DNA of 64,000 nt, from assembly GCF_006345805.1 (NCBI RefSeq), contig NC_042998.1, forward strand, positions 169,942,001 to 170,006,000, read 5' to 3'. The first letter of the stretch is position 1. Each line of letters begins with the position of its first letter. Made by a program: the position numbers and the translations under genes. The DNA is from Octopus sinensis (lineage: Eukaryota). The notes under the pieces were generated by a model. The model saw only the letters and a program-made list of their open reading frames with translations, ran no database searches and had not been told where the DNA came from. Shown piece after piece: positions 38,697 to 50,129 of the stretch.

Positions 38697-38902
38697 ATTC
38701 TTTTACTTGTTTCAATCATTTGACTGCAGCCATGCTGGAGCACCACCTTAAAAGTTTTTTAATTGAAGAAATCAACCCCAGGACTTATTCTTTGTAAGCC
38801 TGGTATTTATTCTATCAGTCTCTTTTGCTGAACCACTAAGTTATGGGGATGTAAACACCAACACTAGTTGTCAAGCGATGGTGAGGGGACATACAGACAC
38901 AC

Positions 38903-38943
<41 letters not shown>

Positions 38944-39103
38944 ATGGGCCTCTTCCAGTTTCCATCTACTAAATCCACTCACAAGGATTTGGTCTGCCTG
39001 AGGCTATAATAAAAGACACTTGCCCAAAGTGCCAATGCAGTGGGACTGAACTTGGAACCACTGTGGTCGGGAAGCAAGCTTCTTACCACACAACCATGTC
39101 TGT
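38697..39103 (-). mobile_element. SINE family A, full length
   Basis: Reverse complement of the 24541/32431 copies, with central (TA)n(CA)n. Confidence 0.85.
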
Positions 39104-39551
39104 ATAGTGCATATATCTTCAAAAAGTTTTAATTAAAACTTTATTGCATGTTTTATTCACTGTTACTCATGGTCTACTCTGAAGTTGCCCATACACTGCC
39201 AAAAGATTAAGAATTAACTTTACAGTCATTTTTGTTTTTCCAATAACTTCACTTTTAAAATGATAATACATTAATTAATCATTGATTTTGATTTCTAAAT
39301 AACGTATTTCACAAGCTTAACCAATATTTATTGTCTCAGAAATGAAACTTAACAAGGATTTAAAAAAAATTCTGTAATAGAACAAAATACTTAGATAAGA
39401 TGGGTTGAACAATTTCTAAATTTATTTAAAATATGTTCAGTATATAGACATTTTAATGCTTTTAGTGCTTTATAGTTTTACTACACCTTTTAATATAGAG
39501 CTACCAGAAAAAAAAAGTGCATGTTGATGCATATACATACATACATACATA

Positions 39552-39594
<43 letters not shown>

Positions 39595-39961
39595 TTGTAC
39601 GGGTATGCACAGGTTTGATAAAAAAAATATGAATTTCCTTGATGCCTTCTGTAAAACACTTGCGTATATTGTTATAATATCCTTCAAAGTTTCCTTGTTT
39701 TTTTTTTTATTTTTTAACAGAAAGTGAAAAGGTCAAATCCATCCACCATTACTAACAGACTTTTTTCTACATATCATATCAAACCCATGACAGCATGTAG
39801 AAAAAAGAAAAATTAAAACTTTTAAAACTGATGTGCAACAAAATTAACTGTATTCTCAATGCTTGACACATATCCAGCATAGGAAAAAAATCCAAACATC
39901 CTAGCTATCAATTACACTGTTCACAGTAAAACAACCAAGTTTTCTGGTAGAGTAATACATA

Positions 39962-40167
39962 TAAGGGGGTGCTGAAAAGTTCCTGGCTTTAGGGGTGTAG
40001 TGAAAGGCCTGGTTGGAGGCCCAACCTTCCAAGTTCTTTTACAGGGCTTAGAAAAACTGAAGGACCGCTGCAATAAGTGTGTGAATCTGAGAGGGAAATA
40101 TGTTAAATAAAATCATAAATAACTGATCCCCCTGTATTTTCTTTTACCTAATGCCAGCATCATCTTG
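39962..40167. mobile_element. mariner-like MITE (same family as 33152)
   Basis: AGGGGGTGCTGAAAAGTTCCTGGCTTTA..GGAGGCCCAACC..GAAAAACTGAAGGACC; right TIR partly deleted. Confidence 0.75.
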
Positions 40168-40175
40168 TACATATA

Positions 40176-40400
40176 TCATCATCATCATTTAACATCCGTG
40201 TTCTCTGCTGGTACTGGTTGGACAATTTGACAGTATTTGATGGGCCCACCGACTGCATCTTGCTCCAGTGTCTGCTTTGGCATGGTTGCTATGTCCTTCC
40301 TAACAGTAAACTACTTTACAACATGTACTGGGTGCTGTTTTCGTGCTACCATCACTAGTGAGGCCGTCATGAAGTTTGCAGGATTATGAACCCTGAGGTT
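40176..40400 (-). mobile_element. Old RTE-type 3' end
   Basis: (TCA)n tail plus TTTAACATCCGTGTTCTCTGCTGG..GGTTGGAC. Confidence 0.6.
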
Positions 40401-40589
40401 TCTGTATTGATGTTTCAGATTAACAGTTTAATATTAATCAAGTAAATTTTTAGTTTTAATCCTGCCATCACCAGAAACATTAACTATAGCATTAATAATA
40501 ATTTCAAATTTTAGCATGAGGTCAGATATTTCAGGGGAAGGGGCTAAGTCAATTAGATCTAACAAGTGGCTAACATTAGAAATGGACTG

Positions 40590-40940
40590 TAACATGCTGG
40601 GGGACTAAACACCTTGAGGTTTAGTCAAACAAATTGACCCAGTACTTATTTGTTTCCTTAAATCTAGTACTTATTCTATTTATCTCTTTTACTCAACTGC
40701 TAAGTTATAGGGATATAAACAAACCAACAACAGTTGTCAAGTGGTGGTGGAGGGGGAGGCACAAGCACAAACATACATGTATATACAACCGGCTTCTACA
40801 CAGTTTCAATCAATCAAATTCACTCACAAGGCACTGGTTGGTCCTGGTCTACAGTAGAAGTCACCCAAAGTGCTGCACAGTGAGACTGAACCCAAAACCA
40901 CGTGGTTGTTAAGCAAGCTTCTTAACCACACAGCCAATGT
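40590..40940 (-). mobile_element. SINE family A (older)
   Basis: AAATTCACTCACAAGG..GAGACTGAACCC..AAGCTTCTTAACCACACAGCCA. Confidence 0.75.
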
Positions 40941-41384
40941 AAGTATATGAAAAAAACAAAAGTGATATAAAAGAATGGGATTTGAGGGAGATTTTGTTAT
41001 TGATTCAAGCAGATCACATAACCATTTAGAAGCTTCCTCATTAGTTAATAAGCTGTGTTGTGAGGGAAGAGAGGATAGTTTTGATATTTCAAGTACAGCC
41101 CTTTTTGAAAGGAAACAAAACCAAAAAAACATTCCATTTTACTTTTAATTTCTTAAATGTTTAAACAATAAGTAGTGATTAAATCTAATCAACTAAGATA
41201 TCAATTCCTGTTTGAAAGCAAACCTAATTAAGAGAATGGAAGTATGTCTAGAATGTATGTATATACATATAGAGAATATAGACTGATAAATGGTATAAAA
41301 TTGCAAAGCTAATAAAGGAAGTGAGCATAAAAATAATTAAATATATAAATAAATAAAAGCTAAAAATGAAAATTGTGCATGTAG

Positions 41385-42390
41385 ACAAATGCAAATGTGC
41401 ACGTAGGCCAGTGCATGTGTGTGAGTATGAGCACACATGCCTATGTGTATGTGCATGTATGTGTATAAGTGGGGAATGTGCACATATGTGTAGAGTACAA
41501 GCATGCATGTGTATGTGTGTAGTACAAGCATGTGTGTATGTGTAGTATGAGCATGCGTGTGTATGTGTGGAGTATGGGCATGCATATGTGTGGACTACAA
41601 GCATGTGTGTGTATGTGTGGAGTACGAGGATGCATGTGTATGTGTGGAGAATGAGCATGCGTGTGTATGTGTGGAGAATGAGCATGCGTGTGTATGTGTA
41701 GAGTTCTAGCATGCATGAGTATCTGTGGAGTACGACCATGCATGTGTATCTGAGTATGAGGATGCTTGTATGTGTGGGGTATGAGCATGTGTCTGGAATA
41801 TGAACATGTGTGTGCATGTTTGTGAGGAGTATATGTGTGTATGTAAGGAGTACATGCATGCATATGTGTGTGTGGGTGAAGTATGAGCATGCATGTGTGT
41901 GTGTGTGTGTGTGCAGAGTACAAGCATGCATGTGTATGTGGAGTATGTGTGTATATGTGTGTGAGTGTGTGTGTGTGTGTGTGTGTGAAATATGTGTGTA
42001 TGCAAGGAGTACGATCATGCATGTGTGTGTGTGTGTGTGTGTGTGGAGCATGAGTACGCATGTGTATGCAGAGTACAAGCATGCATGTGTATGTGAAGTA
42101 CGAGCATGTGTGTATGTTTGTGCAAAATATGTGCGTATGTGAGGAGTACAAATATGCACGTGTGTGTGTGTGGAGTACAAGCGTGGACGTGTATGTGGTG
42201 TATGAGCATGTATGTGTATGAATTACAAGCATGTGTGTATTGAGTACAAGCATGTATGTGGGTGTATGTGGGTGCAGAGTACAAGCAAGCATGTGTATGT
42301 ATGGAGTATAAGCATATGCATGAGGGAGAGCACGTGTATGCATGTAATCATGTCTATGTATAGGGATTGTATTTATATATGCATACATGT
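41385..42390. repeat. About 1-kb degenerate minisatellite built on TG/TATG (about 28-30-bp unit)
   Basis: Recurrent GAGTACAAGCATG(CA)TGTGTATGTGTG units interleaved with pure (TG)n. Confidence 0.9.
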
Positions 42391-43024
42391 GCAACTTAAG
42401 GCAGACAATAAGATGAAAGTGAAAGAAAAAAATGATCTTCACCTTTCATTCAAACATGGAATGAAATAAAAATGACTTTATTATAGATAAAGTAAATCAA
42501 CTTATAAATCATTCACTAATCAACTTAGACAGCAGCCACAATAATTCAAAATTTGATAATTGGCACATTTTTAGAAATATCTACACTTATAAATGCATTA
42601 CCAGGGGAATAATAAAAAAATTTATATATAATAAAGAAAAGAGGGCAAAATAGAGAGAAGAGAGAAAGCAGTATCAGGAATCCTTCCCCCTCTCTCTTAC
42701 TCATTAAAATGAAAGAAAAGAGATCAAAAGTTTTTGTTTCAGACTGTTTCATCAATGAATTACAGTTAATAGATACATTTTATGTCTTTAATTGACTGGA
42801 AACTGTTATTGTTACTTGTGCTTTAAAATAGTTCTTGTAAATTTAAGATCAGAAACAAATCCTTGCAGCCAAAATGATAAAACCAATTACTGACTACAAC
42901 CATTTGTCCTTCAACTGAAAGTGAAGTGTTATATTTTTCACTCTTTAAGGCAGTTAAATTCTTTTAGGATTCTATTAATTAAATTAGTAATTCTCAATTT
43001 TTTTTCCATTTAGTTCAGTACTAA

Positions 43025-43243
43025 ATAGAATAGTTTGCATGCTGGGCGAAATGCTTAGCATTATTTTATCTGCTGTTACATTCTGAGTTCAAATTCTGCC
43101 AAGGTCGACTTTGCCTTTCATCCTTTCGGGGTTGATTAAATAAGTACCAGTTACACACTGTGGTCGATGTAATCGACTTAATCCCTTTGTCTGTCCTTGT
43201 ATGCCCCCTCTATGTTTTGCCCCTTGTGGGCAATTAAGAAATA
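43025..43243 (+). mobile_element. Nin/Deu-domain SINE
   Basis: GAGTTCAAATTC B box; GTCGACTTTGCCTTTCATCCTTTCGGGGTTGATTAAATAAGTACCAG; tail GCCCCTTGTGGGCAATTAAGAAAT. Confidence 0.85.
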
Positions 43244-44768
43244 AATATTTATTATACTGAATAAAATTTTTCTTAAAATCCTTTTCCATCAAAAGATTTT
43301 TTACTTTTTCTCATTTGGAAAACTAGCAATATAGTAGGTATATACCAAATATTATACATGAATATTAATGTAATTTGGCCAAATGAACAAAAAAAAAAAA
43401 AAGATTTCTAATGGACAGGTAACTTTTACTATTATTTTTAAAGCCAATCTGCTCAACTCTTGGGACAGGTTGAGCAGGCTTTGAACTGACTAACTCTTCT
43501 CACTGTACCTGAAAAAAGGGACTTTTTAAAAAAAATGCTGAAATATTGGAATATCAACAATGGGATTTTTTAGATATTTCTATCTCTGTTATTCACTGGC
43601 AAATGACTGGCTTTGGATGGCTATAAACATAATTCTTTTATTTACACACGATGAAACTGTTTTATTTTGTTCTAGGTGGAAAATTAAAAAAATGTATTTG
43701 ATAATTAATACAGTTTGACAACTGAAAACAGATTTGTTTTTGTGGGACTGAGTCAGCACAGAACTGAGCAGTGCCCAAGTTATAGCCAGTGAAACATATA
43801 TAGCCAGTGAAACATATTGGTTCTGTGAACCACAACACACTCTAATATACAGTATGTAGTATTGAGTGGAAGTCTGGGGCAAGTGGTATTCTCTCACTAG
43901 TGTCCAGACTGTTGGCTCAGAAACAAATGTCTTATTAGTCAAATAATCTGTTAAAAATAGCAGCTATATCTCCCTCGATCTTTATCAGAACATCTTAAAA
44001 AAGGAAAAACTAATTTGATAATTTCCATTTGTTGAGGAAATACCATCACACTAAATCATAAAAATAAATGAATGACCCACAAGATAATTATCGCAGAATG
44101 ATATGAGAAAAAAAATGCAGTCATTTGTCACTTAGACTATATATATTATACCAAGATCACTTCTAAATTTGACAAGTAGGGAAGTAACATTCTTAGATGT
44201 AGAAATATCATTGCCATTGCTGTTTTAGTTTTCCTCGTTCTGATTGCATTCATTATTGTTGGCCTTTCAGATGAATTTTCTATCCATATATCAAGCAAGG
44301 TAATTATCTTTACATAGCAACCAAACCAAGCAGATTGTGTTGTTCTAAGTAAAATTACTAAACATAGATCATGAGGTCATCTTACATTTATAGCTGGCAA
44401 CACACTTGCTCCCATCATCTGACAAAGCTAGTGAAAACAAATCACATGACATCAAAACTGCCCCTAAATATTATAATTTTAAAATTCAACTAAAAAGCCT
44501 CATAAAGAAAAGAATTTCTCACAAAAAAAATGTAATAATAATAATATAATAATAATAATAATAATTCAAACTGTGCCAAGTATTTATTTGAAGTTACATT
44601 TAGAGATGAATTATTATATATTACCAAAGTCACCTTAAAACAAAGGAACTAGTATTTATACTAACATTTCATTTCAAATAACACATAACAATGTATGTAT
44701 TACTTATGTTGAAGTTGTGTTTATAATCTCACATGAAAGCTTGAAATGTATAAAACGGAAATATTTTT

Positions 44769-44804
<36 letters not shown>

Positions 44805-46090
44805 TATATACACAAACACATACATACATACATGCATGCATAGACATGTATTAAACCAATAAAGCATAATTGCCACACCCAGCTACCAATCTTATAACTT
44901 TTTTTACTTCTACAGCTGCAAGCATCCATTAAGCAAACAAAACCATCTTCCAGTGATAGTAGTAATTAGCTTAGGTAAGATCTTTTTACAAAACAAATAA
45001 ATGATAGAGAAATGGATCCAGCTTATTAATACTGACAGTTACATGTAGTTCTTGATGGTAATCTTGTGTATGATGCCACAATATTTGAATATAACATTAC
45101 ACAGGATAATAATTTTTTTTTTTAATCCACAATATGTATTAGTTTGAGCTAATAATTTTGTAGTTATCTACTGATTCCCATCCTTTCCCTATTTTGTCTT
45201 GTTTAAAGACAATGCTATGTTTATGAAGTTAACAACTTTGTCCCTTGAGAGAAAAGTGTTTATGAATAAATGTATTAGCTGGATGCCTAAGCATTTTACT
45301 GAAATAAAAATGTAGGTCAATGCCAGAAGGAAAGCTAATCAAAGAGATTCAATTACTCATTTTTTTTTTTTCTTTCCCAGTATTCTTTAGTGTCATTTTA
45401 AAACAAAACTAAAGAAACACTTTCCATAAACCTGCTTGATTGTAATTCAACAACTAATTTCAGTACATGATAATTTCATTGAAAATAATTAAAATTCTAT
45501 ACAAGAATGTTAACCAGTAGCAGGGGGGGGGGGAATCAAATATTTAAAAGGTAATTAATTCTCGCAACGGTTTCTCAACTGCATCATTGCAAATGCAATA
45601 TGTACATAAGTAATTATTCTTAAATTTAAGTAAGCCATATTAAAGTGACACTTACAAGCTAAAATGTTTAAATAGATATGTATATCATAAACATTTCAAT
45701 GTCCACTTTCCCATAATTGTATGTCAGATGAGAGTATGTTGGGGAAGAATTTTCTAATGGTTGGAGACCCTTCCAGTCACCAAGTTACATCTATTTCTGG
45801 GTAAGGTAATAATATACCAATCATTTGAACAACAAACAGCCTGGACATGCTTATGTGGAGACCTAGAAACAAACTACACGAAAAACTAACCTTTTGCTCA
45901 CTAAAGTTGTGCAACATGTCAAAACATGTCAAGTAGCCTGAACAAGATCTTATAGTAGACTGTAAGTAAACAATACCACTTGCAAAGGTACTGTGTTTAC
46001 AACCAATGAGTGAAACACATGTGTAGATGAGGAAAATATAAAATCACTCATATAAACACAAAAATGCACATGTAGACACACATACGTGTG

Positions 46091-46094
<4 letters not shown>

Positions 46095-46153
<59 letters not shown>
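46095..46153. repeat. (TA)n microsatellite, about 29 units
   Basis: Read directly from the sequence. Confidence 0.95.
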
Positions 46154-46155
<2 letters not shown>

Positions 46156-46432
46156 TTGTTATTATGCAAAAGTGTCATAAGTCCAAAACATTGCTTTTTC
46201 AGAAAACGAAAAAATAGCTTTACCATTCTATAGCAAAACTGTTGTACTACACTTTGACAATTTTTGATATCTTGGCATCTGAAGCAGCTGGAGATACGAT
46301 AGTTTGACCAAACGAACCAGCTATTGCAAGTAAAAATAAATATTGTGAAAAATGCATTTGGCTAAATTTGGACATACAACAGTTTAACATAATATATATA
46401 TTGTTGTTATAATGTTAAACTGTTGTATGTCC

Positions 46433-46436
<4 letters not shown>
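46154..46436 (+). mobile_element. Probable Penelope-like 3' fragment with terminal inverted duplication
   Basis: 46161-46217 reads IMQKCHKSKTLLFQKTKK*, like PLE GIY-YIG C-termini (..KCRHxxKxLL); CTGAAG plus hairpin at 46279-46322; perfect 25-bp inverted repeat 46366-46390/46412-46436; (TA)n on both sides. Confidence 0.5.
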
Positions 46437-46464
<28 letters not shown>

Positions 46465-47172
46465 CACAAAAGGTTGAGGCCATGCTGGGACATTGCCAGT
46501 ATTTTTTAAAACATAGTCCTCTATTACTCCACTTATTTAAAAATCAAACATCGTGCAAATCACCAAAATCAATAATTCCTGTAAAATTTCTAAAAGCTCA
46601 TTTAAGATGTTCTGCAATTGTAAGAACTGAGTTATATTTGCCAAATCCATGAAGAGATTAATATGAAGATTATACTTCAGTTACTAACTACCATATTAAA
46701 AAAATTGAAAAAAAAAAAATGGTGATGTCAGAAAATTAAAATTTTGCTATATTATGTATGATTGGAGTGATCAGGAAAGTGTTATAAGTTCAGGAACCTA
46801 ACGATTATTTTGCTTTTAAGAACCTGGAAGAATTACACTACAAATGTAACAAAGAGAACTTAATTGTACTATTGTAGACAAGAGTAGTGGAGGCTGGAAT
46901 TCAGTTTGTATTTTGCTCTGGTGCATTGGCATGTTGATATCATGTTCTGGTGTTGCAACTGCAAAACAACTATTCTGCAAAATGCAAATGATATTGCTGT
47001 TGATAAACACAGAATAATAAAAGCCATTCAAACCGTCATAATTGCCATAATCTGGTGAACAATAACAAAATTATGTGTAAGTGATTCACAATAGCTGTGT
47101 AAGATATGTATGAAGGAGACTGAAGCTTTTGGTAACAATTCTGAAATTAATAGAGTTCAAAAATGAGTTACA

Positions 47173-47590
47173 GGTACAGGCATGGTTGTGTGGTAAGAAG
47201 CTTGCTTCTCATCCACATGGTTCTGGGTTCAGTCCTACTGCATGGCACCTTGGGTAAGTATCTTCTGCTACAGTCTTGGGCTGACTTTTGAGTGGATTGG
47301 ATAGATGGAAACTGAAAGAAGCCTGTCGTTTGTATGTATGCATGTAAGTATGTATGAGTGTGTGTGAGTGCATGTGTCCCACTACCACTTGAAGACTGGT
47401 GTTAGTATGTTTACATCCCGATAACTTTGCAGTTCAAAGAAATCTATAGGATAAGTACCAGGCTTAAAATTGAATATAAACAAAGAAGAAAAAAGGAATG
47501 GGGTTAATTCATTCAACTAAAAAAGATCCAAGGTGGTGCCCCAGCATAGCCACTGTTTAATGACTGAAACAAGTACAAGATAAAAGAGAC
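47173..47590 (+). mobile_element. SINE family A
   Basis: GGTACAGGCATGGTTGTGTGG..GGGTTCAGTCC head; AATGACTGAAACAAGTACAAGA tail. Confidence 0.8.
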
Positions 47591-47611
47591 TCTTGTATGT
47601 ACATAACTTAG

Positions 47612-47830
47612 CCCTTTCGTTACCATATTTCTGTTGAGATGCTCTGTGTTTCATTCAATTAATTTTAAATATAACTAAGAATTTAGTAAAATAACTTAGT
47701 TATCATTAAGTTAGTGTTAGGAACATAAATTGTGACTAAGGTTCGGTAGATTTTAATTCAGAACTTTTGAAAACAAGACATTTGTACTACAGAGCCAGAT
47801 GCAGTTTCAGGTGGGTTGGTATCAAAAGCA
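47612..47830 (+). mobile_element. piggyBac-like MITE (220-bp family)
   Basis: TTAG|CCCTTTCGTTAC...GGGTTGGTATCAAAAGCA|TTAA; collinear with 23747. Confidence 0.8.
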
Positions 47831-47965
47831 TTAAGTCTCATTGGAAAGACAACCCAGAAAAAAAATTCCAACTAAAAGATGAAGGAGGCTCGAATGGAAA
47901 GGTCTAGAACATTCATAACCACCTTTAACATCTAGGAAATGACTGAAGTCTTGTAACAAGCTTAA

Positions 47966-48177
47966 CCCTTTTGTTACCAACCCGGCTGAAACCGGCTCTG
48001 GCTCCGAGTACAAATGTCTTGTTTTCATAAGTTTTGAATTAAAATCTTCCACCAAACGTTAGTCACAATTTATGTTCCTAACTATGATAACTAAGTTATT
48101 TTACTAAATTCTTTGTTATATTTAAAGTAATTGAAAGAAACACAGCACATCTCAAAATAAATACAGTAACGAAAGGG
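47966..48177 (-). mobile_element. piggyBac-like MITE (220-bp family), inverted
   Basis: TTAA|CCCTTTTGTTAC...GTAACGAAAGGG|TTAA; reverse complement of 23747/47612. Confidence 0.85.
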
Positions 48178-48632
48178 TTAAGAAAAATTAAAAGCTCATA
48201 GTAGACTCAATGAAAGTCTGAATAGATGCAATGAAAAGTTTTGCTGTTCATATGTTCTCAATATGGGTTTTAAGCCAAAACCATTTTCATAAGCAAGACT
48301 AAATATATTTGTATACACACGTAAATTGAGTTCTATGTAGAAAGGTGGAGGAGGAAGCATACAGAAATTCAATATTATGTAGACAGTGCAACTGATGTGC
48401 CAAGAAGTTGCAACAAGTTTACAGATAGAGTAGTAAGGAACCAAAATTCAAGTAGTCCAGATAGATGGGTGTAGTCAACAATGAGATAAACAAAGAGTTA
48501 AAGATTACAGACTGTATTCAAGAGAAGGTTTGTTACCTAGACAACCTGTTTAATCTTGGGAAAAGTGCAATCAATATTATAATAATAATGCTGAGTTTGA
48601 AATAGAAGTTTGGCATTTTTAAAAACTTTTTT

Positions 48633-49010
48633 AGGTGTGGCTGTGTGCTAAGAAGCTTGCTTCCCAACCACATGGTTCCAAGTTCAGTCCCACTGCATGG
48701 CACTTAGTGCAAGTGTCTTATACTATAGCCTAGAGTCAACCAAACCCTTGGAAGTTGATTTGGTAGACAGAAACTGAAAGAAGCCTATCGTATGTATGTA
48801 TATATTTATGTGTGTGTGTCTCTTTGTGTTTGTCCCCAACACTGCTTGACAACTAGTGTTGGTGTGTTTATGTCTCTGCAACTTAGAGATTTAGCAACAG
48901 AGAGTGATAGAATAAGTATCAGGCTTAAAAAAACGTCCTGGGGTCGATTTGTTTGACTAAAACCCTTCAAGGCAATGCCCCAGCATAGCAGCAGTCAAAT
49001 AACAAACAAG
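48633..49010 (+). mobile_element. SINE family A
   Basis: TGGCTGTGTG..AGTTCAGTCCC head, central TA/TG tract, family 3' part. Confidence 0.8.
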
Positions 49011-49506
49011 TATTTCTCCCAGACAAGGGAGTTAAACTGTATGAAGTGGAAATGAAGTATGTTTAAATGAATGAGTGTATGAACACACAAATTTAAGTTG
49101 CTTTCCAGAAATAATTTTCTAATCTGTTTTAATGTAAGTTAATAAAACTACTTTGTTCCCACAGGAAGGAATTTATCCAATAGGTTCAAAGCCTAAGAAC
49201 TTGCTTTAGAAATTTGATTCTAGCTTTTCATGTGGCAAACAAAAAAAGAAATATGGCCAAGTTGATTAGGTACCAAACAACTAGAAGATAGCTTAGTGGC
49301 TCATATCAAACAACTGGTACTATTATACTTAACTCAATGGTTAAGTTTGTCTGGCTCCAAATAAAGATTTCAAGTAGCATTCTACTGTTGTAGAATTAGG
49401 GAGTAATTCATTTACTTCAATTGTGGATTTCAAATAAACCTGCAGAAAGTAAAAGTTACCTGTAATAAATCATTCTATTGAAAGGAAAATGATTCACTAT
49501 TTAACA

Positions 49507-49739
49507 TTGTATTTCTCAACCAGTGCCCATGTTAAATTTTATTGTTAAAATTTATGGGCAATAAATAGGTTATACTTCTACAATACACAAAATATTAAAT
49601 ATTTTTTAATACAATTCCTAATAATGTTTAATTATAAAAATACAACAGGATTTTTTAAACATACAATGGTTATGAGGGTTGGCCTGAATAAAATAGGAAT
49701 GAAAGGGGTCCATAAGTAAAATGTGGTTGAGAAACACTG
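49507..49739 (+). mobile_element. hAT MITE (same family as 5128)
   Basis: Perfect 8-bp TSD ATTTAACA (49499-49506, 49740-49747); TIR ..TTTCTCAACC / GGTTGAGAAACACTG. Confidence 0.8.
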
Positions 49740-50071
49740 ATTTAACACTAAAAATATAATGATAAGTACTGAACCCATGAATCTATGATTCAGAAAAGAA
49801 GTTTATTTGTTTCTCCTTTCTTATGAAGTTTAAAGCAAGTATCTTTTAAAGACACACAAACACACACACAAAAAAAAAAGGTAGGGAATCACTAAACAAA
49901 ATCTAGACAGAAAAGCACTTATAATAGAACAAGTCTAGCTATTTTAAAAGTAAATATATTATTACTAATTGTTTTTTTTTCTTGTGCTTTTAGCATTTAT
50001 CCCACGCATTTATATTGATGCAACTGAAATGGTGCTACAATTGACGCGTCGTTCTGTCTGACATTATAGAC

Positions 50072-50090
50072 CTATCACCCCCTGGTGACA
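50072..50090 (-). promoter_or_regulatory. Candidate CTCF-like motif
   Basis: Minus strand TGTCACCAGGGGGTGATAG versus consensus TGCCACCAGGGGGCGCTA; next to a small CpG patch (GACGCGTCG). Motif match only. Confidence 0.3.
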
Positions 50091-50129
50091 AGAGGAAAAT
50101 TTTATTTTGGAATACAAAGCACCAAAAAA

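Noticed and set aside
41385-42390. CRISPR-like repeat-spacer array
   Set aside because: Units are degenerate, the intervening sequence is low-complexity TG rather than unique spacers, there are no cas genes and the context is eukaryotic.
41248-42469. Long His/Thr/Cys-rich ORFs (310 and 333 aa) and overlapping ORFs
   Set aside because: They coincide with the TG/CA minisatellite, are open in several frames on both strands and have no domain or splice support.
43500-43530. Second AG|GT site on the minus strand (TTTTTTCAG|GTACAG)
   Set aside because: Weak regenerated donor, short AG-free zone and no clear downstream donor; expected by chance.
49415-49475. Tandem AG|GT sites on the minus strand (TTACAG|GTAACT and TTTCTGCAG|GTTTAT)
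   Set aside because: The second acceptor is plausible, but both donors are weak and the best frame stops after about 9 codons; insufficient without RNA data.
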